A stretch of DNA of 63,937 bases, the filler included, from Barthelona sp. PAP020 (Eukaryota), in NCBI GenBank assembly GCA_040182905.1. It is 4 parts of 4 records of this genome, joined end to end, with 100 filler letters (N's around TTAATTAATTAA, not from the genome) between each part and the next. Parts side by side here need not be neighbours in the genome. Positions count along the whole stretch, not along the records: positions 1 to 16,870 come from JARQWU010000253.1; 3 more parts are not named here. The stretch is one strand, 5' to 3'. Every line of letters starts with the position of its first letter. Positions within the stretch are counted from its first letter, which is position 1. Below, piece by piece: positions 1 to 10,179 of this stretch. A model generated the notes under the pieces. The model was not told where the DNA came from, searched no databases, and saw nothing but the letters and a program-made list of their open reading frames with translations. The position numbers and the translations under genes are program-made.

Positions 1-2
1 GA

Positions 3-155
3 AAACTTCAAAGAGAAATGGAGTTACGTGAGGAAGAAGAGTTAAGAAGAGAAAAAGAAGAAAATGCCAGGATTGTGAAGGAAGCTAGAGAAAAGAAGTT
101 AGCTGAAATGCGAGCATTGGGAATTGAATCATTTGCTTTATCAGTGAAACTTTAA
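3..155 (+). CDS. Partial (3' end) coiled-coil protein, CFAP45/trichoplein-like
   Basis: Manual translation of frame 3: KLQREMELREEEELRREKEENARIVKEAREKKLAEMRALGIESFALSVKL*. The ending resembles the CFAP45 C-terminal motif (KKLEELRATG). Not in the ORF track. Confidence 0.5.
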   Translation, partial: KLQREMELREEEELRREKEENARIVKEAREKKLAEMRALGIESFALSVKL

Positions 156-362
156 TTTTCGTTCATCGTCAATGTTTTTTATTTCTTTGTAAATCCATTT
201 GTACAATATAAATTTACAATTATTTATTTGCTTTTATTTTTTTAAACAATGGTTTGAAGGAGCCGGCGCTTCCTCCACTGGTACCGTCAATATAGCCTCC
301 TTTTTTTTTGACCCAAATTTTTTTTGATGGTTGGATGATGATTAAATAATTCAAAATTCAAA

Positions 363-3300
363 ATGGAAATTAGACACATTATCTGTATATATATAATAAT
401 ATTAAGTTCTATTCAATGTGTGAAAATAATAATGAATGAAGAGTATCAACCTGAAATGTTAACAAATGATGATTTTAATGCAATAGAATTATATTTACAG
501 ACTGAATTACCTGAATATAATATTGAATTTAAAAAATATAGTACAATAGAATATTCTACAATTGTAAAGAATAATAATTATGATTTTGCGTTTATTGATT
601 ATATTAATAAAGAATTATATGAAAATGTACCTTTATTAAGCATAAATTATCTTAGTTCTACCATTGAAAAATCAGATGATCCATATATTGATAATTTATT
701 TGAAAGAATTTCATTAACTTCTGATATATTGTTTGTTTTAAATGGTAGTGAACTCAATTATAATAAAGAGACATTAAATAAGCATAAAATATGTTGTTTT
801 GATGAATTTAATTGTATTAGGTTTCGATATACTTTAGAAATGCATGGTATTGATAGTGGACAAATGACTTTTGTTAAAACTAAATCGCATTTGGAATCAT
901 ATAATTTCTTATTACAAAATTCGGCCTGTAATATGGCTATAATACCAATTTTAGCTACCCGAAACATAGATATAGATCCTAAATTGGTGATTTCTATTGA
1001 TTTATTTAATATTACTTCATTTGATTTCCTAAATTTTAATAATTTTTCTTATTCTTCGCTATTAACACCTTTTGCATACTTTATTAGTTCTAATAATGTT
1101 GATTTTATTATTCAAAGTAGAATTAAGAATAAACTATTGAATTTTCCTTTCGTCAATCTTAAAAACGATAAAAAGTTTGCTGAACCTGTTGACAATGGGA
1201 TAAGTATTGAAATTATCACAAAATTTGATTTAAATTTACCTTTTTCTAGGAGTTTAATCCGTTTATTTTGTCATGTCGTAGTGTCATCTATTTTTATTAT
1301 TATTGGATTGATTCTGTCATTTAGAGCATTAATCACTCCTCGTAATTTACCTACTTTAGAATATTCAGACCATATTATTAATATTTTGTTAAGCGTATCA
1401 ATGCCTACGTTAGTTTTAAATCAACATAATGAAGTGTTATTTCATAATCTGCAACCTTATGAAAAAGAATTGAATCTATTACCTTTAATTGTGAAGAGAT
1501 TAAAAACCTTAGAGATTAATGATAAACAAAAAGTTTTTGTTCGATCTTTCAATGAATATAACATGTATTCTATCACTTTTTATGTTGATTTTGAAAAACT
1601 TGATATCTCAAAGATCACTTTTCTTTTATCAAAATCAATGTTACAAAAAGGCATAAAACAAGGTTTACAAGAATTACAGGGTTTTCAAGGTTTACAAGAG
1701 AGTATGAATGAGCATACGCAGAATAAAAGAAATTCAAATGCTTCCATTCTTTCATATTTCTTTGGGAAAAATACTAATATGTCAAAGCATCAGGATAGAA
1801 CACTATCTCAGGCTCCAATACAAAATCTTGATAAAGCACAAAAAATATCTAAAATTTCCAAAGGTTCAAAAATTTCAAAAGTTTCAAAAGTTTCAAACAA
1901 TTTAAAATCAAACATGAGTAATGATAGTGCGTTATTTCTTACATTATCAGAAAATGATGAAACATTTGTTCAACAAAAAAAATCTGAAAAACAAGAGATG
2001 TATTTTGAAAGGGTTATCCAAAAAATTGATAAAACTTTCTTTTTATCAAAGAAAGAGATATTGGAGATCATTTTTAATGTTTTAGAAGCATTTACTTTGA
2101 AAGTAAAGTGTGAACAAACTTTTTTAGTGGAATGCAATGAATTTGCTTTGGAAAATTCTCTTAATTTTAAAGAAAATTTTGAAGCTCAAATAAAAACGAC
2201 AGCTTACGATACTGATATAATGCTGTGTTATAATACAAACGGAAAACATATTAAACAATTGAGTTATGAGTTAAATGAAGCAAAACACATGTTCAACATC
2301 ACCAATAATTTCCACAGTATGATTCCAGTTACTGAAGATCTTTTGGCAGGAAAGATTGTTCGAGGAAAATATCCGAAGAATGCTAGAATCCATCCATTTT
2401 TGTCAACACAATTGGATACAAAATATTTTATTTGGGTAGGAATACACACATCTTACGGATTTTTTGGAGTTCTAGGTTTTGAGTCAAGCAAACCCATTGT
2501 CACAGAAAAATTGAATAAATACTGTTCGATCATGAGTGTTACAATTTCCACAATGATTAGCACATTGATTTTAAAAGAGTTCTTTAATAGAACCAATATT
2601 TTGAAAGGATTGGGGAGAAAATATTCAAATTTACCTCAAACTTTGGAGATTAATGTCAATTCAAGGGAAATTTCAAGTTTTTTTGGAGAATATTCCTTTG
2701 ATTCTTTATTCAAAAAATTTTTTCATAATTCTTCAATGAATGTATTAAATAGTGAGAATTTAGCTATTTATAGTAGAGATGAAGATGACATTGAAAGATC
2801 CTTTTTAAAATCCATTGAAGAAGGTGAAGTAGAATTTGTCTTAACTGCTAAAGATTTGATAGCATGTGATAGTTACAGTTTATGGGCTAGAAAATCAAGT
2901 AATGAAGTGTTTTTTGGATTAATCATCAAGCAAGAAGAGAAAATCAGAAGAAAAAATTCTTTGAAAAAAGGTGTATCATATTTGTTTTTGAAAGACAGAT
3001 CCCATGAATTGTGGATGGTTGACAGAGACAATGTAAACAATTTTTTCATGTTTTCAGACAATGATTTACGTCAAATGATTGTTCCTACAATAAACAAATT
3101 ACAAATTATTCAAGAATCTTTGATCGAAAGAGACCAAAAGTTCTTTGTTTCAAGCTTAAAAAAGTTTGTTTTTGGAAATAATTCTGCATCAAATTCGGTT
3201 GATAAAGAGCAGTTTAATATTGTTGTTCAAACGAAAGAAGGTTGGTCAATCAAATTCATCACAGATAAAATTTCAACCACAATTTGGAATCATAAAAGAG

Positions 3301-3404
3301 TATTTGTGGGTATTTGTATCAAAGAAACCCTTAGTCATCTCAATAGTTTAAATAGTTATGATCTAGTTACTGCAATTGATAATAATTCAGAAACTTCCTC
3401 CTGA
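363..3404 (+). CDS. Putative membrane sensor: signal peptide, periplasmic-binding-protein-like ectodomain, TM helix, PAS-like and GAF-like cytoplasmic domains
   Basis: 1013-aa ORF with hydrophobic N-terminus. TM segment VVVSSIFIIIGLILSF is followed by PAS-like MPTLVLNQHNEVLFHN and GAF-like HPFL..TKYFIWVGIHTSYGFFGVLGFES. Domain calls are by eye. Confidence 0.45.
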   Translation: MEIRHIICIYIIILSSIQCVKIIMNEEYQPEMLTNDDFNAIELYLQTELPEYNIEFKKYSTIEYSTIVKNNNYDFAFIDYINKELYENVPLLSINYLSSTIEKSDDPYIDNLFERISLTSDILFVLNGSELNYNKETLNKHKICCFDEFNCIRFRYTLEMHGIDSGQMTFVKTKSHLESYNFLLQNSACNMAIIPILATRNIDIDPKLVISIDLFNITSFDFLNFNNFSYSSLLTPFAYFISSNNVDFIIQSRIKNKLLNFPFVNLKNDKKFAEPVDNGISIEIITKFDLNLPFSRSLIRLFCHVVVSSIFIIIGLILSFRALITPRNLPTLEYSDHIINILLSVSMPTLVLNQHNEVLFHNLQPYEKELNLLPLIVKRLKTLEINDKQKVFVRSFNEYNMYSITFYVDFEKLDISKITFLLSKSMLQKGIKQGLQELQGFQGLQESMNEHTQNKRNSNASILSYFFGKNTNMSKHQDRTLSQAPIQNLDKAQKISKISKGSKISKVSKVSNNLKSNMSNDSALFLTLSENDETFVQQKKSEKQEMYFERVIQKIDKTFFLSKKEILEIIFNVLEAFTLKVKCEQTFLVECNEFALENSLNFKENFEAQIKTTAYDTDIMLCYNTNGKHIKQLSYELNEAKHMFNITNNFHSMIPVTEDLLAGKIVRGKYPKNARIHPFLSTQLDTKYFIWVGIHTSYGFFGVLGFESSKPIVTEKLNKYCSIMSVTISTMISTLILKEFFNRTNILKGLGRKYSNLPQTLEINVNSREISSFFGEYSFDSLFKKFFHNSSMNVLNSENLAIYSRDEDDIERSFLKSIEEGEVEFVLTAKDLIACDSYSLWARKSSNEVFFGLIIKQEEKIRRKNSLKKGVSYLFLKDRSHELWMVDRDNVNNFFMFSDNDLRQMIVPTINKLQIIQESLIERDQKFFVSSLKKFVFGNNSASNSVDKEQFNIVVQTKEGWSIKFITDKISTTIWNHKRVFVGICIKETLSHLNSLNSYDLVTAIDNNSETSS

Positions 3405-3620
3405 TTTATTTTTAAGAGCAAACAGTAAAGTCAGTTTTTTATTTTATTATTTATTATATTGTCAGCAAAACCATAATTGCTAATAAGAATGACAACATAA
3501 ATCAATCTAATTTTGTGAAAACACAATTGTGAAATTTGAAACATTCCCTTTTTTTTTTTATCACTGTTAGTTTTTGTATTAAAAGTCGAAAATTTATGTT
3601 AATTTTGAACTTTATTCAAT

Positions 3621-5174
3621 ATGTTTAACGAAATAATCAAAAAATCAATTCAGGAAAAATTACCTGCTGTATGTTCTGTTTGTAAAACTGCATCAGCCAC
3701 ACACCAATGCGTTGATTGCTCCTTATTATTCTGCAATAATTGTTTGCAAACTCATGAAGATGAAGATCATTTTATAAGAAAACTGGGTAACACCATATGT
3801 GAACATGATGAAATTAATTATGCCAAAGTACATTGTTTAGATTGTAAAAAAAATTATTGTTCGAGATGTTTTGACTTCTTACATCGTGCTCCTTCAAAGA
3901 GAGACCATGTTTCTGTACCTCTCAGTGTAACTAATGATAGATGCTTAATAGTCAATCCCAAACAAAAAAGTAAAAAACCACAATATAGTTTTACCAAACC
4001 AAATGTCGCAGATTTTGGTGCACCATCAGCTGAACATGAAGTAACGGATCATGGAATTCGCAACGTCTCTCTTGTACCTCAATCTGAGTTGCGATTTGTT
4101 TGGGAGCACAAACCAAAACGTTGTATGATCATAAAGAAGCCTTACAATAAAGATGCTACACGGTCAGCTGACATTGTTGCAAAATTCTTGCTAGGTAGAG
4201 GGCTTACTGTGTATGTTGAGAATGAAGCTTTTCCTCATTATTCAGCTGTTGGTATTCGTCAAGCACCGCCACGTGATAAGGACACAATCAAAACTATTGC
4301 TTCATCTCGATCCTTTAACAAAAGAATTGACTATAGTGGGGGAACAACAACAGTACAAGGGGAATATACCCCTCGTAATCAACGAAAATTGGGGATGCTT
4401 TCTCGACTTCTAGATTTTTTAGTTACAATTGGAGGTGATGGTACTGTTGTTCACACTTCTTATTTATTTGAAGAAGACGTACCACCGGTTGTAGCCTTTA
4501 ATTTAGGTTGTACAGGATTTTTATCACCCTTTGATATTCATGAATATCCAAAAGTCTTGGACAAAGTTATTGCTGGTAATTTTGCCATTACTGTCCGTAA
4601 TAGATTGACTGCAGCTGTCTTCACAAATGGGAAAATTCTTCCACAGCGTTTTCAGACACTGAATGACATTTTGTTAGATAGAGGAAACAATCCTTATCTG
4701 TCTAATCTTGAATGTTTTTGTGATGGGCATTTCTTTACTAATGTGCAGGCAGATGGTGTCCTTGTTGCCAGTTCAACTGGATCAACAGCATATTCTTTGT
4801 CTTGTGGAGGTTCATGTGTACATCCTAGTGTACCAACAATATGTTTCACCCCTATTTGTCCTCATTCTTTGTCGTTTAGACCATTATTACTACCAGATAG
4901 CTCCGAATTAGCAATAAGGGTAAGCTCAGATTCCCGATCATCAGTTTGGGTTGCTTTTGATGGAAGAGATAGATTAGAATTAGAACCAAGTGATGCTTTA
5001 TTAATTCATACTAGTCGTTGGCCTGTAACATGTGTCGTTAAAGCTCAACAAACGGATGATTGGATTAAATCTTTGTCGTCTTGTTTGGGATGGAATCATA
5101 GAATGTCTGTAAAACACCATCGAAATCTATTTACAGCTCAAGAATTTACAGAAGAAGCTCAAATTGTAAGATAA
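3621..5174 (+). CDS. NADK: NAD(+)/NADH kinase with two N-terminal B-box zinc fingers
   Basis: GGDGT motif, LND, QADG..STGSTAYSLSCGG, TPICPHSLSFRP; N-terminal CxxC..CxxC..CxxC..H B-box patterns. Confidence 0.92.
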   Translation: MFNEIIKKSIQEKLPAVCSVCKTASATHQCVDCSLLFCNNCLQTHEDEDHFIRKLGNTICEHDEINYAKVHCLDCKKNYCSRCFDFLHRAPSKRDHVSVPLSVTNDRCLIVNPKQKSKKPQYSFTKPNVADFGAPSAEHEVTDHGIRNVSLVPQSELRFVWEHKPKRCMIIKKPYNKDATRSADIVAKFLLGRGLTVYVENEAFPHYSAVGIRQAPPRDKDTIKTIASSRSFNKRIDYSGGTTTVQGEYTPRNQRKLGMLSRLLDFLVTIGGDGTVVHTSYLFEEDVPPVVAFNLGCTGFLSPFDIHEYPKVLDKVIAGNFAITVRNRLTAAVFTNGKILPQRFQTLNDILLDRGNNPYLSNLECFCDGHFFTNVQADGVLVASSTGSTAYSLSCGGSCVHPSVPTICFTPICPHSLSFRPLLLPDSSELAIRVSSDSRSSVWVAFDGRDRLELEPSDALLIHTSRWPVTCVVKAQQTDDWIKSLSSCLGWNHRMSVKHHRNLFTAQEFTEEAQIVR

Positions 5175-5500
5175 ATATCTTTTGAAAGAGTTCTTTTTTT
5201 TTGTAATTTTTCATTTGACACAAAAGTGCAGATATTCTTAATTAATATTATCACTTGACTTTTGTATCAAGAAGTAAATATTTTCAATTCAATAGCACAT
5301 TTCCAAAAAAAAAAAATTGACTATCTATTAAAGCATTCTTCTTCATTCAAATAAAATTTGACATTTGCTTTATCATCTATATGACAATATAAATTAAAAA
5401 AAAAAAAAGTTCACATTAACAATCACGATTTGGAACAGCAATAATCACATCCCAAATCTCATTCGGGATCTTTTTTTCAATCAACCTCATTTTTTTATTT

Positions 5501-6373
5501 ATGATCAATCTAGTTTATGTGATATCAGCTGTTTTTGGATTTTTTGTTTCCTTAGTCATCATTGTAACATTTACAATGATTCCACAAATTCGATGTATTT
5601 TTGACAGAGATCCTGCTGCAACATCATTTCTACAAATTCTTTTTACTTATCCAGGGATACATGCAATTTTTTTTCACAAAATTTCACACACTTTGTATGG
5701 TGTTGGATGGCACTTTTTAGCAGATGTTATTGCATGGTTTTCAAGATTTATGACTTCAATTGAAATACATCCAGGTGCAATCATTGGTTCTTGTTTGTTT
5801 ATTGATCATGGACATGGTGTTGTTGTTGGAGAAACTGCAATTATTGGAGACGGTTGTACTTTATATCATGGAGTTACATTAGGAGGGCGTAGTTTATCCA
5901 AAGGTAAAAGACATCCCACTTTAGGTAACAATGTAATTGTTGGTGCCGGTGCAAAAATCCTGGGAAACATTACAATAGGAGATAATTGCAGAATAGGTGC
6001 AAATGCGGTTGTTTTAAAAAGTGTTCCACCAAACACAACAGTAGTAGGTATTCCTGCAAGAGCAGTCAAAGAATCAGTTACCAAATCCCACACGTTGGTT
6101 TCTACACCCCAATTTGATCCATATGGTGTTTCTTCTAATGCAGATCCTGTAAAACAAATGTTGAATACTATTATGCAACACATCGGAAAGATTAATGGAG
6201 AAATTACTTCGATATCTCATAATCAAGCACTGATGAATGACTTTTATGATACTAAAGCATTAATAAAGACTCCTGGACCTATGATAAATCTCACACCTTC
6301 ACCAAATCAACAAATTCTCAATGAATTTGATGAAGAAATGGAAAGTGAAGAAATTACAGAAGAAATTGATTGA
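5501..6373 (+). CDS. cysE: Serine O-acetyltransferase with N-terminal transmembrane anchor
   Basis: RDPAA...YPGIHA, IEIHPGA, FIDHGHGVVVGETA, KRHPTLGNNV, left-handed beta-helix hexapeptides; residues ~3-27 hydrophobic. Confidence 0.95.
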   Translation: MINLVYVISAVFGFFVSLVIIVTFTMIPQIRCIFDRDPAATSFLQILFTYPGIHAIFFHKISHTLYGVGWHFLADVIAWFSRFMTSIEIHPGAIIGSCLFIDHGHGVVVGETAIIGDGCTLYHGVTLGGRSLSKGKRHPTLGNNVIVGAGAKILGNITIGDNCRIGANAVVLKSVPPNTTVVGIPARAVKESVTKSHTLVSTPQFDPYGVSSNADPVKQMLNTIMQHIGKINGEITSISHNQALMNDFYDTKALIKTPGPMINLTPSPNQQILNEFDEEMESEEITEEID

Positions 6374-6526
6374 TTTTAACTTTATAAATTGATGAATATT
6401 TTGTTTTCTTGCTAAACAAGGAATTTAAAAAAATTATGATGATAAAGACAAAATCATTTATGAAACAAAACTCAAGCAAACAATCACTAATTCGCCAAAA
6501 AAAAGTGAAGGAATTGGACAAAATCA

Positions 6527-9500
6527 TTATATATAAGTGTTAACCTTACCATCTAAAATTTTGTTTACGGAAATATTTTTGATATTTCTGTTGAACAATT
6601 CTCTGTTTTTGACTTCTAAACTAAATGTCACATCACTAAACAAACTTGGAATTAAATCAGTTCTGAAAACATTTTCTAACTCTTCAGAAATAGCCATCCT
6701 GCTACTAATGTGTTCTATGAAATACTCAAAAAATTCACTACCAGAACTAATATCATCTAAAATAAGCTCATTACCATCCAATTTAATGAGACATAACAAA
6801 TAGAACAGTATAGGTCTTTGATATCCATAAGGTTGAAAAGGTAATTCAAGTAAAGATATTCTTAGCAAAATTGTTGTGACTTCTTTACCAAATTTCAGCA
6901 AAAGGGGAATTAAATTCTCAAAATTCTCGACTTGATTGGCATATTCCAACATTCTGAATGAACAACCAATAAAGAATTCTTTAATATCATCATTTTCAGA
7001 GGCTAATTGAATATTGTGTTCATATATAAAATAATTATTGAACAAAAATCCAAAAATAATTGGTATTGTAGCCAAAACTGTGTTCGTTGCTCGACCTCTC
7101 CTTTGTAAAACAATAATCATGAATTCGAAAAGATACTCCAAAACACTTTGTTCATTTGATAGGAACACAAAAGCCATCAATGAATCACAACACTTGTTGA
7201 TAACTAAAGTTAATTGAATGGTACATTCTTCATTGGCCAATAATTCTTCCATGGGACATTTGGATACAAGATCAAACAATGAAGCAATAGTATTCAAAAG
7301 TGTTCTGTCTTCATAAAATAGCAGTATATCAGTGCTGGTATGAGTGAATAAAGGTGCTAAGGCCAATTGAAGAACGTTTAATGCTTTTTCCAACGGTATC
7401 AATTTTTCTTCATTGACATCTTTGACTACAGAAATGGTAATGTTCTTTTTAGCCCATTTAGTCAATAATGTCAGAATGAAATCACAAATCAAATGAGTTA
7501 ATCCTGAACTCAAACTTTCAGATGTTCTAGAATAGGTTTGATCATTTATTAATTCGGTCAAAAATAAAAAAAGCGCACTAATTAACTCGCAGTTGTTGTT
7601 GTGTGTCTGAACTAACTCTTCAAACAATACTTTGTAACGGGGAAATAGCCAATGATAGAAATAGATTCTCAAATTATTATTAGATGCCATCAATACCCCA
7701 TGCAAATCATATAAGGTTAATTTGCACTTTGAAATGACTTCAAGACGGGTAAAAAAATCTTTGTTCTTGCAATTATTTTGAATTTCATCCAGTATAGGTT
7801 GGAATGGTACTAACATTTTATACAATCCTAGTTCCTTGGGAATCAAATGATTTTTCAATAAATACGCCAGTGAATAATAAAAGTTCTGATGAGTTTCAGC
7901 ATTTTGATTCTTTTCCAAGAAATCCAATTGCAATTCCCCATCGATGTGTAATTGCAATAATTGAGTTATTGCTGGATAATTATTTTCAAATTCTTCATTT
8001 AATTGCTTGCCTGTAAAATAAGAATAACAAAATTCCTTCAACAAAATCAAACTCTTTTGAATCATCACATCATCATCTGACCAAAATTCCAAATTGCTGA
8101 TGATTTGCTTGATAGCTAAATCAGCCAACGTTGCTACATTATCAATATTCAACATTTCTTGCAATTGACGTTTCATTGTAACATCCAAAGAATCTTGCAG
8201 ATGGTATCTTCTCAACTCAGTCATGAATTCCAATAAACTAATATCTAATTGCTGCGTGGAGTTGTATCTCAACTCTTGTGGTATCACTTCAAATTTCTTC
8301 TCATACAACGATAAAACCATAATTGTATTTGAAATCAACGTGGCATCATTCACAATGTTGCTTTCATCTTCATTTAATTCGCCTCCTCTTCCTCTTAAAA
8401 CATTTCTGTTCAATCTACTGCCATTATTATTGTCATCATAGGCACTACTCAAATTATAACGATATGTAGCATGTTTTTCTGGTTCAGAAACCACCAAAGC
8501 AACCAACCTTATCAAGAAAGCCAATTGAGATTCAATCAAACTTCGAGTCAAATCATCACAATTCTCAAAATCACTCAAGCAACTGTCATACTTTTCACTA
8601 ATATTTTCTAAAAACTCATTGATCAATGGAATAGTGGTTTTAGTCGTTTTGCTAATTAATGTTCTTAAACTGCTTTCGCAATTAATAAAGGCGGTTAAAT
8701 CACTCAAAAGAGAATTATCATATGCTAAAAGTTCACTCATATGTTCTATATGACCAGTAATAAAAGATCTAACAACCTGAGAAGATATTTCAAGCAAATT
8801 AATGAAATCTTTCATGTCACTAACAGAACCAACTGAATTTACCAAAGGATAGGAAGCATTTCTGCTCCAATACTTGATTAAATAGACAATAGATGAGGGA
8901 GAAACATATTGATTTGTAAATACCCATTCAGAAAAACTTTGACTCAACTCAAAGAACTCCTTTGATTCTTCACAAGCACATAAAATGGACACTTCAAATT
9001 GTAGTCGAATATGCATTAAAACAGAACATAATTCATGAATCAATTTTACATTTTTTTCATCCAATTCAGTATGAAAGACCATAATCATAAACTTTAATAC
9101 AGATGACAAAAAGTCTTCTCTTATGCTCTTTTTGGGATCAAGTTGATAGGTATTACGTTTAAACCTGCACATATTGTTTACAATTAAGATGATTAAATAA
9201 CGATAATCTTCAGTATCAGATGATAAACTTTCAGTCAACTTTTGATACAGCCCATATAGTATATCAATCAGCATAAATTCAGGGGGGTCAAAAAAAATAT
9301 CAACAAAGGCTTGTGGCAAATTAATAGTACTTGTTTCTTGTCTGGGAATTTGTAAATTTCCATAAAAGTCAAATTCTAACGATTGGTTGATAACTTCACA
9401 AGCGCTTTGCATTAGAAACGGATTATCACTCACTTTAATAGCTTCAACTGCTTTCTTCAAGAAAAAATTCAAATTTTCATCTCTAAAGGCAAATAATATT

Positions 9501-10030
9501 CTGCGATCAGCTCCATAAGACATATTAGTGCTAGGTGAACTGAACAAATCAATCAATCTTTGTACAATAAAGAAAAATAAATAATGATGTTGAATTTCAT
9601 CACTATCTAATAAAGGTTGTAACTCTTCAACAATTCTATTGTTATTTTCTCCAATGTAATCGTGTAAAAACATAACTTTAACTAGACTCACATATAAATT
9701 TACAGCATACCTTACAACCCCTATATCATATTCTAAAGCCTGATTGATAAGAAATGAATGAACCAAAAAAGTCAAGTTACGTTTTGTTTCAATCATTGTT
9801 TGATTGTGTGTTAAAAATACCGCTTGTTCCAAACAAGAAAATAGAAAAACGAAAGCTGATTCCGTTGAAACTTCAGTTAAATATGATGCTAATATGTCTA
9901 GAGGATATATTTTTGGTAAAGAAATTAATTTTTTTTGTAATTCCTCAAATTCATCCATATCAACATTTTCTGAAGGATTTAAATATTGTTCAGCTAATTC
10001 TTCAATATCTGTCGATGAAAAATACTCCAT
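6527..10030 (-). CDS. Exportin-7 / RanBP16/17-like karyopherin
   Basis: 1167-aa helical protein with RRILFAFRDENL, LEFDFYG...STINLP, IISNLEFW and KNRELFNRN, which match XPO7 family blocks. Confidence 0.75.
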   Translation of the reverse strand: MEYFSSTDIEELAEQYLNPSENVDMDEFEELQKKLISLPKIYPLDILASYLTEVSTESAFVFLFSCLEQAVFLTHNQTMIETKRNLTFLVHSFLINQALEYDIGVVRYAVNLYVSLVKVMFLHDYIGENNNRIVEELQPLLDSDEIQHHYLFFFIVQRLIDLFSSPSTNMSYGADRRILFAFRDENLNFFLKKAVEAIKVSDNPFLMQSACEVINQSLEFDFYGNLQIPRQETSTINLPQAFVDIFFDPPEFMLIDILYGLYQKLTESLSSDTEDYRYLIILIVNNMCRFKRNTYQLDPKKSIREDFLSSVLKFMIMVFHTELDEKNVKLIHELCSVLMHIRLQFEVSILCACEESKEFFELSQSFSEWVFTNQYVSPSSIVYLIKYWSRNASYPLVNSVGSVSDMKDFINLLEISSQVVRSFITGHIEHMSELLAYDNSLLSDLTAFINCESSLRTLISKTTKTTIPLINEFLENISEKYDSCLSDFENCDDLTRSLIESQLAFLIRLVALVVSEPEKHATYRYNLSSAYDDNNNGSRLNRNVLRGRGGELNEDESNIVNDATLISNTIMVLSLYEKKFEVIPQELRYNSTQQLDISLLEFMTELRRYHLQDSLDVTMKRQLQEMLNIDNVATLADLAIKQIISNLEFWSDDDVMIQKSLILLKEFCYSYFTGKQLNEEFENNYPAITQLLQLHIDGELQLDFLEKNQNAETHQNFYYSLAYLLKNHLIPKELGLYKMLVPFQPILDEIQNNCKNKDFFTRLEVISKCKLTLYDLHGVLMASNNNLRIYFYHWLFPRYKVLFEELVQTHNNNCELISALFLFLTELINDQTYSRTSESLSSGLTHLICDFILTLLTKWAKKNITISVVKDVNEEKLIPLEKALNVLQLALAPLFTHTSTDILLFYEDRTLLNTIASLFDLVSKCPMEELLANEECTIQLTLVINKCCDSLMAFVFLSNEQSVLEYLFEFMIIVLQRRGRATNTVLATIPIIFGFLFNNYFIYEHNIQLASENDDIKEFFIGCSFRMLEYANQVENFENLIPLLLKFGKEVTTILLRISLLELPFQPYGYQRPILFYLLCLIKLDGNELILDDISSGSEFFEYFIEHISSRMAISEELENVFRTDLIPSLFSDVTFSLEVKNRELFNRNIKNISVNKILDGKVNTYI

Positions 10031-10179
10031 TCAATTTGTTTAATCAATAAAAAAGAAGTGTTACAACTTCTACATCACTTCTTTCTTTTTTAAAAACATT
10101 TTTGCCTGTTATCATCATCTGAATATATTTATCTAATAAAAAAAAGTCAAAAAAAAGAATTTTTATGTCAAAATTACAG

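Noticed and set aside
251..300. HDV-like ribozyme (TCCTC loop-like motif)
   Set aside because: No GG for P1.1 and no convincing P1/P2/P4 or catalytic C-x-A junction.
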